A stretch of DNA of 64,000 nt from Eledone cirrhosa. Its lineage: Eukaryota. Within the stretch, counting starts at the first letter, position 1. Each line of letters begins with the position of its first letter. Position numbers and translations under genes: made by a program. The stretch covers positions 21,328,001 to 21,392,000 of the forward strand of contig OZ024759.1 of the NCBI GenBank assembly GCA_964016885.1, read 5' to 3'. Shown one piece after another: positions 53,498 through 64,000 of this stretch. The notes under the pieces are model-generated. The model worked only from the letters and a program-made list of their open reading frames with translations. It did not search any database and was not told where the DNA came from.

Positions 53498-53942
53498 TAG
53501 TCACTACCAATCGCTACTTGTAACATGTAACCCAGTACAACCTACAACAAAGACATATATTAGTTTAACGCTTGATATAGTAGGGGAAAACATTTTAACA
53601 TTTCGGGTCTTAGTCCTTCATCAGAAGATAGAATAAGAAATAAAAGAATTGGTCAATTTTGGGGAAGGAAAATCATGCGTGTGTTCAATCAGGCATATAT
53701 AAGGTAACACCCCAAATGCTAACAAGCAAAGAGTTTCTGGATGTGGCTAATGTCTCCAGGACGGGGTTTGAGAAGCCATATCAAGGGCAGTAATTCATAC
53801 TTTACTGTATTAACTCCGTTAAAATGTAAGCTGGAAGGTAATTGTTTGGTACAATGAAGATATAAATAAAAACATTGCCTGTATCTTTGTAAAATGGCGA
53901 TAGATTTCATGAAACAAAATTGGAAAATACCCCTCACACTCA
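53498..53942 (-). mobile_element. Decayed Penelope-like 3' end: possible ORF remnant followed by a minimal HHR (53592-53629)
   Basis: AUCUU-CUGAUGA-aGGaC-uaa-GaCCc-GAAA-UGUU|AAAAU with AGCGTTAA downstream. Upstream translations LPSSLHFNG and LG.....A*LN weakly resemble GIY-YIG C-terminal HFN and GLN motifs. Confidence 0.55.
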
Positions 53943-54156
53943 AGTATATATATACACACACACACACACACATGTATATATATATATATATATGTCTGTG
54001 TGATATATATATATGTATATGTGTGATATATATATATATGTATGTATGTATATGTGTGTGTGATATATATGTATGTATGTATGTATATGTATGTGTATAT
54101 GTGTGTGTGTGATGTATATGTGTGTGTATGATATATATATAGAGAGATATGAATAC

Positions 54157-54191
<35 letters not shown>

Positions 54192-54363
54192 ATATGTATG
54201 TATATATATTTATATGTATGTATATGTTTATGTGTGTGTGTATATATATATATGATGTGTGTGTATGATACATATATATATATAGATATGTGTGTGTATG
54301 ATATATATATAGAGAGATATGAATACATATATATACATATATATATATACATATATATACATG

Positions 54364-54418
<55 letters not shown>

Positions 54419-54585
54419 GTGCGTGAGTATAAAATCAATAAGCCAGTGAAAATCTTATTACCATATCTGTCTGATCAATAATTTGTCTATGACAATGAGT
54501 TATTGATTTAGTCACTAGCTAATTATCTCTGTTAATTACCTCGTCTTTAATGAGGTGACGCACTCAATTTTACATTGGAATTGAT

Positions 54586-55654
54586 ACTGCTGCTACTGCT
54601 GCTGATGCTGCTCTTATTAATGCTGCTGCTGCTGTTGCTGCTCTTATTAATGCTGCTGCTGTTGTTGCTCTTATTAATGCTGCTGCTGTTGTTGCTCTTA
54701 TTAATGCTGCTGCTGCTGTGCTCTTATTAATGCTGCTGCTGCTGTTGCTCTTATTAATGCTGCTGCTGCTATTGCTGCTCTTATTAATGCTGCTGTTGCT
54801 GCTCTTATTAATGCTGCTGCTGCTGTTGTTGTTCTTATTAATGCTGCTGCTGCTGTTGTTGTTACTACTGCTGCTGTTGTTACTACTGCTGCTGCTGTTA
54901 CTACTGCTGCTGCTGTTGTTGCTACTGCTGCTGTTGTTACTACTGCTGCTGCTGTTACTACTGCTGCTGCTGTTGTTGCTACTGCTGCTGTTGTTACTAC
55001 TGCTGCTGCTGTTACTACTGCTGCTGCTGTTGTTGCTACTGCTGCTGCTGTTTTTATTGTTGCTGCTGCTGCTGTTGTTACTACTGCTGCTGTTGTTGCT
55101 ACTGCTGCTGTTGTTGCTACTGCTGCTGTTGTTGCTACTGCTGCTGCTGTTGTTACTACTGCTGCTGCTGTTGTTGTTACTACTGCTGCTGCTGTTGTTG
55201 TTACTGCTGCTGTTGTTGTTACTGCTGCTGCTGTTGTTACTACTGCTACTGCTGCCACTGCTGTTTCTGCTGCTGCTGTGATGGTGTGTGGGATAGCAGT
55301 AATGGCGGTTGTGGTATTGGTTGTAGTAGAGGTGGTGGTGCTAAAGCAGTGATGGTAGTTGTTGCTTGGAATAGTGGTAGTAGTAGTAGCAGTAGTGGCC
55401 GTAGTAGCAGCATAAGTAGTGGTGGTGGTGGTAGTAGTGGTGATAGCAGTAGTAGTAGTAGTAGTAGCCACAAGAATAGAGGTGGTGATGGTTGTAGTAG
55501 TAGTAGTAGTAGCAATAGTAACAGCAGCAACAACAGTAGCAGTAGTAGCACCAACAACAGTAGTAGTAGTAGCAACAACAGTAGTAGTAGTAACACTAGT
55601 AGTAGTAGCAACAGTAGCAGTAGCAGCAGCAGCACCAGTAGTAGTAGTAGCAAC

Positions 55655-55698
<44 letters not shown>

Positions 55699-56020
55699 CA
55701 ACAACAATAGTAGTAGTAGTAGTAGTAGCAACAACAATAGTAGTAGTAGTAGTAGTAGTAGCAACAACAGTAGCAGTAGTAACACTAGTAGTAATAGCAA
55801 CAGTAGCAGTAGCAGCAGCAACAACAGTAGTAGTAGTAGCAACAGTAGTAGTAGTAGTAGTAGCAACAACAATAGTAGTAATAGCAACAACAGCAACAGT
55901 AGTAGTAGTAGTAGCAGCAACAAAAGTAGTAGTAGTAGTAGCAGCAGCAGCAACAGTAGTAGTAGTAGTAGCAGCAGCAGCAACAGTAGTAATAGTAGTA
56001 GTAGTAGTAGTAGTAGTAGA
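54586..56020. repeat. Trinucleotide-derived arrays: (CTG/GTT/CTA)n at 54586-55280 and (TAG/CAG/CAA)n at 55370-56020
   Basis: Direct inspection. Confidence 0.9.
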
Positions 56021-56376
56021 TATGTAAGAGGGAGTAGGTTCGTGTTTTTCTTTTCTTGTTTTTCTCTTCTCTTCTGCTAAAATACCAGAGAAAGACAACC
56101 CAAATCATAGGAACAAAAAACAAAACAACCCCCAAAGCCACATTATTTGCGAGTGAGAGGCGTCAAACTAGGCATTCTTTATATGTAAATGTCCTAATTT
56201 CTGTCTTTTATAGTTTCGGTTATCTCTCACCCACCCGTCCACCCTCTTCTCAAAAAACTTCTTTGGAAGAAAAAAAACTCTTAAACGACTCAATTGAGGA
56301 ACATTATCTTAAAATGATTTTCGTAACGTCTTGAAGAATAACAATATATTTTTATAGAGATTTTCTAAACATTTCC

Positions 56377-56426
<50 letters not shown>

Positions 56427-56769
56427 ATTCTCACTCACCCACCATTCTCTCTCCCCCCCCCCCCTTTCTCCCTCTGTCTCTTTCTCTCTGTCTCTTTCTC
56501 TCTGTCTCATTCTCACTCACCCACCATTCTCTCTCTTTCTTTCTCTCTTTCTCTCTTTCTCTCTCTTTCTCTCTCTCTTTCTCACTCTCTTTCTCTCTCT
56601 TTCTCACTCACTCTTTCATTCTCACTCACCCACCATTCTCTCTCATTTTCTGTCTTTCTCTCTTTCTCTCTCTCTTTCTCTCTCTTTCTCACTCACTCTT
56701 TCATTCTCACTCACCCACCATTCTCTCTCATTTTCTGTCTTTCTCTCTTTCTCTCTCTCTTTCTCTCTT

Positions 56770-56801
<32 letters not shown>

Positions 56802-57739
56802 TCTCTCATATATATTCCTATATATATATATATATATAATGTGTGTGTTTCTGTGTATGTATATCTATCTAGCTAGTTCTCTCCTTTTCTCTTTCTCTCT
56901 CTCTCTTTCTCTCTCTATCCCCCCTTCTCTCTCTCTCCCTTTCTCTCTCTATCCCCCCTTCTCTCTCTCCCTTTCTCTCTCTCTCATCCGCCACTTAATA
57001 GTGTAACAATAGCATCGTTATAATATGACTATTTTATCAAGATTTAAAACATACAGCAAACAACAATAACAATATCAACAACATTAACTACAACTACTAC
57101 TACTACTACTATATCAACAACAACTACTGCAACATCGACAACAGTAATAACAACAACAACAGCAACAGTAATATTAACAATAAACTCTGAACAACAACAA
57201 CAACAACAATAACACTGAAACAACTACAATATTAACCACAACAATAGCAACAATGAAACAACAACAACAATAATAACAATGAAACATTTACAACAACAAT
57301 AACATAACAATAACAATGAAACAACCACATCTACAACAACAACAACATCAACAATAACAATAACAACAATAACATCAACAACAACAAGATCATCAATAAA
57401 CAACTGCAGTATCAAAACACAACATAAAAAACACCTCCATCACCACCAACCAGTGTAACTCTATTTAAGAGTATATCTATCAAAATTTTAGTTATTTGGC
57501 GAAGACATTCTAGCCGCCATTTTACTTACACATAGCATCATGGTATTTTTTGATATTTACTTTTATATAGTTTCTTTTAAATTTTGATAAATTTATAATC
57601 GTTTTACTAGTTTCCGTCATTGAGCTGTGGCCATGCTGGGGCAACGTCTTCTTTATTATTCGATCATATTGACTCAACTCCCCAACGCATATTATTACAC
57701 ATTGCAAAGATACGCTTTTGGCGTAAAACACACAGAAAG

Positions 57740-58075
<336 letters not shown>

Positions 58076-58232
58076 TTTATATATATATATATTAGTTTCA
58101 CGCTTTATATATATATATTAGTTTCACGCTTATATATATATGTGTGTATGTATATGTATATATATATATAAAGTATGAAACTAATAAGACTTCTGTCTGT
58201 TGTCTCTGAACTATAATATATATATATAAACA

Positions 58233-58979
58233 CTGAAGCAGGTAGAGAAGTTCAAGTATCTCGGGGCCGGGTTCACGAGTGATGGAAGGCAGGAGGCTTA
58301 ATTTAATGCACAAATTGCAGGAGCTGGTGCATTAATACTTCAACATTCAGTAATCAGAAATATATATATATATATGTGTGGTGTGTATATGGAAGTGTGT
58401 ATGTGTATATATATATATATATACTGGTTAGTGTTCACATGTGCCAATGTTTGTAGCACCAAAATTTAGCTTGAGAAAGATTATACTGCGAGGAAAAACA
58501 AAATTAATCATTGTCCAATATTTGAGCCACAGACACACACACACGTATATACACCCGCATCCTCCAAAAGTGGAGGTAGGTGTAAAAGCCAAACTCGCTA
58601 TCTTCAATTCGGTATTACTACCAAACCTTACCTATGGTCATGAATCTTAGGTAATGACTGAAAGAATAAAATCTCTAATACAAGCGATTGAGTGCGTAGC
58701 TCGGAGATCAGAAAGTTATTCCAGGTAGAGCCGCTACTTCTCCGAATTGAGAGATCACAGCGCCAATATTATGGGTATGTGGTTAGAATGTCTCAAGAAA
58801 GAATCGCTGCAGAGATTTTACAGGAAAAACCAACTGGCAGGAGTCTGAGAGATAGACCCTGAGCAGATGGTTGGATAACATCCATGAGCTTGGCTGGTCT
58901 CGCTTGGGGATCCAGCAGGATCAGTTGGAGACAAGACCCGCTGGAAGGAGTGTTTGAGGAATAGGTGGGCAAAGAAGAG
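58233..58979 (+). mobile_element. Decayed RTE-clade (Rex3/Expander-like) LINE 3' part, interrupted at about 58340-58565
   Basis: LKQVEKFKYLG..FTSDGRQE; KAKLAIFNSVLLPNLTYGHES*VMTERIKSLIQA; EPLLLRIERSQ..YYGYVVRM; gaagag end. Confidence 0.85.
58370..58565 (+). mobile_element. Family G insert (copies 60016-60220 minus, 60330-60555 plus)
   Basis: actggttagtgttcacatgtgccaat.tttgtagcacc...gaggaaaaacaaa occurs three times. Confidence 0.75.
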
Positions 58980-58996
58980 CTGTAAAGTATTGATTA

Positions 58997-59649
58997 TGTA
59001 GTGGTTATCGGTAATGTCATACAATTTACTTCAGAATATAAGGTTTTAAAATGGAAGCTCAAACCAAGCCATGATGTTATCAGTAAAATGGCGGTGGATT
59101 GGCAGTATCGGTGGAGGGTCGGACGCCATGCTTTCCAGCATAGTTACGTCCCTTTACGATCTGAGTTCAAATCCCGCCGAGGTTGACTTTGCCTTTCATC
59201 CTTACGGGGTCGATAAAATAAAGTACCAGTAATGCACTGGTTAATTGCTGGCCTTGTGCCAACAGTAGAAACAATTGTGTAGTGGTTATCGGTAATGTCA
59301 TGCAATTTACTTCAGAATATAAGGTTTTAAAATGGAAGCTCAAACCAAGCCATGATGTTATCAGTAAAATGGTGGTGGATTGGCAGTATCGGTGGAGGGT
59401 CGGACGCCATGCTTTCCAGCATAGTTACGTCCCTTTACGATCTGAGTTCAAATCCCGCCGAGGTTGACTTTGCTTTTCATCCTTACGGGGTCGATAGAAT
59501 AAAGTACCAGTAATACACTGGGTAATTGCTGGCCTTGTGCCAACAGTAGAAACAATTGTGTAGTGGTTATCGGTAATGTCATACAATTTACTTCAGAATA
59601 TAAGGTTTTAAAATGGAAGCTCAAACCAAGCCATGATGTTATCAGTAAA
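58997..59649 (+). repeat. Flank-SINE-flank-SINE-flank array: 91-bp flank x3, SINE C x2 (period 281 bp)
   Basis: Flanks at 58997-59087, 59278-59368 and 59559-59649. SINEs at 59090-59277 and 59371-59557. Confidence 0.9.
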
Positions 59650-59798
59650 CATGAATCTGTAGGAGACCTACCACACAGTTTCTGTCTGCCCAGGTCTACC
59701 CTTAGCATTAACAATCGGGTTTCTCAACCATTCAGACTTGTTGCGTCAACGATGAATATAGTTATATATATATACAAATCTGTATATGCTTATGTATG

Positions 59799-59844
<46 letters not shown>

Positions 59845-59959
59845 TGTGTATATATATATATGTATATGCATGTGTGTATATATATATATATATATATATT
59901 ATATAAATCTACATATCTGAATATGTAAGTGTGTGAGTATATATATATATGTTTATATA

Positions 59960-60016
<57 letters not shown>

Positions 60017-60093
60017 TTGTTTTTCCTCGCAGTATAATCTTTCTCAAGCTAAATGTTGGTGCTACAAACATTGGCACATGTGAACACTAACCA

Positions 60094-60159
<66 letters not shown>

Positions 60160-60211
60160 CACATACACACTTCCATATACACACACACACATATATATAT
60201 ACATACACACT

Positions 60212-60260
<49 letters not shown>

Positions 60261-60504
60261 TCACATACTTACATATTCAGATATGTAGATTTATATATAG
60301 ATAGATATGTATGTATATATATATATATATGCAAGTGTGTATGTATATATATATGTGTGTGTGTATATGGAAGTGTGTATGTGTATATATATATATATAT
60401 ACTGGTTAGTGTTCACATGTGCCAATCTTTGTAGCACCAAAATTTAGCTTGAGAAAGATTATACTGCGAGGAAAAACAAAATTAATCATTGTCCAATATT
60501 TGAG

Positions 60505-60538
<34 letters not shown>

Positions 60539-60596
60539 ATATACACCCGCATCCACCAACTCCTTGAAAAATAATATTTGATTCTAACGTGAGCGC

Positions 60597-60677
<81 letters not shown>

Positions 60678-61478
60678 AAGCTTTCTCCTTTCTCGAAGCT
60701 TCTCTTCAATATTTTCATATCTTCAGCGGTTTGCGTGTCACAAGAAGGAAGGACAGAAAAGGAGCAACAGAGGGAAGCCATTCTTCTTCCACCCAAAAAT
60801 AGTTAGACGATCACGTTGCACTTGTCATATACATCGATCATCAGGAAAATGAATTTTGAACGACTTATGGGATTCTAATTTATAGTGTGGTCTCACGTGA
60901 TGGCGTTTGTCACTGATGAGTTGTCCCGTCTATATAATTTGTTTCTTTACTTCATTCATTTTTTGTTGTTGTTATTGTTGTTGTTGTTGTTGTTGCTGCT
61001 GCTGTTTTCGTTCTTTAATTCCGTCGTCTTTTATTTTCTCTGTGACGTACACTGTGGTTTCAGCCATTGCATTTAGTGTCCATCTTCCCTGTCTCTCTGT
61101 GTGTGTGTGTGTGTGCGCGCGTATATATGTGTGTGTGTGTATTTGTGTGTGTGTGTGTGTATTTGTGTGTGTGTATTTGTGTGTGTGTATTTGTGTGTAT
61201 TTGTGTGTGTGTATTTTGTGTGTGTATTTGTGTGTATTTGTCTGCTTCTATTCATTTCTCATATATATATATATATGTGTGTGTATGTATGTGTGTGTGA
61301 ATATATATGTATATATGTGTGTGTAAATATATATATATATATATTATATGTATATATATATATATGTATATATATATGTATATATTATATATATATATGT
61401 ATATATATGTATATATATATATGTATATATGTATATATATATATGTATATATGTATATATATATATATATGTATATAT

Positions 61479-61620
61479 AGTTTTAATATAGATGAGATTC
61501 TACAGGACTAGAACTGTTTCATTCTTTAGAAATCATCAGGAAACTTTTATACTCTGCTATGTATTGAGTACCTTACTTACTGTGGTTATGTGGTTACCTC
61601 CGATTCAACACGGAATAACG
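61479..61620. mobile_element. Family B insert: minus-strand HHR (61494-61543) joined to a plus-strand tail
   Basis: The core is identical to 30422-30467. Confidence 0.8.
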
Positions 61621-61624
61621 TACA

Positions 61625-61741
<117 letters not shown>

Positions 61742-62197
61742 GTATAAATATGAGTGTATAAATATGTATGTATAAATATATGTGTGTATATAAATATGTA
61801 TGTGTATATATATATATATGTTTATATGTATATGTATGTTTATATGTATATGTATGTTTATATGTATATGTATGTTTATATATATATGTATGTTTATATA
61901 TATATGTATGTTTATATGTATATGTATGTTTATATATATATGTATGTTTATATATATGTATATGTATGTTTATATATATATGTATGTTTATATATATGTA
62001 TATGTATGTTTATATATATATATATGTATGTTTATATAGATATGTATATTTATACATGTATGTTTATATATACAAATATGTATTTATATATATGTGTGTG
62101 TGTGTGTGTACAAATATGTATATATATATGTATGTATACAAATATGTATACAAATATGTATATGTGTATGTGTGTGTGTGTGTGTGTGTGTACTCAT

Positions 62198-62500
62198 TTA
62201 CCTGTTCCAGGCATCCGGCTGAGGCCATGCTGGGGCACCGCCCTTGTTACACTTTCTATATCCAGTCTGTGTTGGCTGACCATTGATGTTAGAGAGAGTT
62301 CGTTGCTGCTGCCCTTAGGTTACCTTCGTTCCGTGCTGTGGGCTCATCTGGGATCCTGGATAATAGAATGTGAACATGTTTCTTGAAAACATCCACGTCA
62401 ACCCCATGTAGCCCTCTTAATTTCCTTATTAAAGACTTGAGGGCCTTTGAAACCCAGGCTATTGCAATATCAGCTCCTTACGCTTCTTTCACATCTAGAG
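62198..62500 (-). mobile_element. 3' end of a CR1-group LINE
   Basis: [12 protein letters not shown]...[24 protein letters not shown]...RAAATNSL, followed by the tail ggcggtgccccagcatggcc. Confidence 0.75.
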
Positions 62501-62520
62501 TATATATATATATATCTATA

Positions 62521-62801
<281 letters not shown>

Positions 62802-62856
62802 GAAAAAATGATATCAAATTTCATTTGCAATATATATATGTATGTACGTATACATA

Positions 62857-62901
<45 letters not shown>

Positions 62902-62919
62902 ATATATATATATATATAT

Positions 62920-62977
62920 AGGAACGAGTAGGACCCCGACGGCTGGGCTCAAGCCGTTTCGACGGCTAATTCTGGAC
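62920..62977. mobile_element. Family A fragment
   Basis: Matches 23992-24050. Confidence 0.75.
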
Positions 62978-63076
62978 TCAAATTATTATCATTACGATAC
63001 ATACATATGTAATAGATACATATATATATATACATATATATATACATACATATATATACTTACATATATATATATA

Positions 63077-63689
63077 TGGTGGCTGCCAACTCGTTTTTGA
63101 GTACGGCCACTACTTTATATCCATGTAGGAGAACCCCTACCGATGCGCTGAACGAATGTGACTTCTTAGTCCAGCCAGCGACTTGAAAACTCTGGTACAA
63201 ACACTACACTTGTGACAATTATTGACACATAGTGCTGGACCCATGGTACAATGTGAGGACAAGTGCAGAGAGATCTCCAGATATAAAGCAATGCCTGTGC
63301 CGTGAAGCTTTTATAGTGAGCAAAGGCACTGCACAAAGCCAGTCCCACTCTCTTAACCAAGATGATATTTACCAAAAAGAAGAACAAGTCAACATCATTG
63401 GATACCATCAGAGTCGCAGGTGTTATATCAGAGTTTTCCTTCTCCTAGAATTCTGCCTTGACAAAGGCTAAGGGGTCATCTCTCCCGGTGATTTTGGATG
63501 GCCATTGACTCTTAAGAGCTCCTTTGCCCTTTGACAGGTTTTGTTTTTAGTCCTGCAGGATGTCCAAAGTCACCCTCCTCACCAAGAAACCTTGGTGGGG
63601 TTGCCAGTTTAGTCGCCAACGACCCGACCATGAGACAGGTTGTACTGGAATACATGTTACCAGTAGCACCAACTGGTGACCTGACATGA
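63077..63689 (-). mobile_element. Family J, longest copy
   Basis: Matches 17354-17750 and extends about 210 bp further. Confidence 0.65.
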
Positions 63690-63745
63690 ATATATATATA
63701 TATATACATACATACATATATATATACATACTTGCATACATTATA

Positions 63746-63783
<38 letters not shown>

Positions 63784-64000
63784 TATGTATATATACATAT
63801 ATATGTATGTATATATATATATGTATATATGTATGTATATGTATGTATATATATATATATATGTATGTATATATATATGTATGTATGTATATATATATAT
63901 GTATGCATATATATATATATATATATGTATGTATATATATATATGTATGTATATATATATATGTATGTATATATATATGTATATGTATATATATATATTT

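Noticed and set aside
54701-56098. Mucin-like Thr/Ala/Val ORF
   Set aside because: A trinucleotide-derived array open in several frames on both strands.

Overview
Gene-poor, extremely microsatellite-rich animal DNA. The repeat complement (tRNA-derived SINEs, CORE-type SINEs, very long (TA)n/(CA)n tracts) is most consistent with an octopus/cephalopod genome, which is an inference. No host protein-coding gene can be supported; nearly all listed ORFs are translations of simple repeats. The window holds several satellites and minisatellites, about 20 tRNA-derived SINE copies, two pogo/Tigger-like MITEs, and decayed 3' ends of RTE, CR1 and R4/Dong-type LINEs. The main signal is a swarm of short (100-350 bp) inserts sitting inside (TA)n tracts. 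They fall into at least 8 unrelated sequence families that carry type-I hammerhead ribozyme (HHR) motifs (CUGANGA...GAAA...NUH, with paired and in two families covarying stems). Many inserts are fold-back (inverted) duplications, and different families share two short downstream motifs (YYGAGTRC and AGCGTKAA). This architecture points to a diverse population of (TA)n-targeting Penelope-like retroelement (PLE) ends or non-autonomous ribozyme retroelements. All folds and alignments were done by eye.
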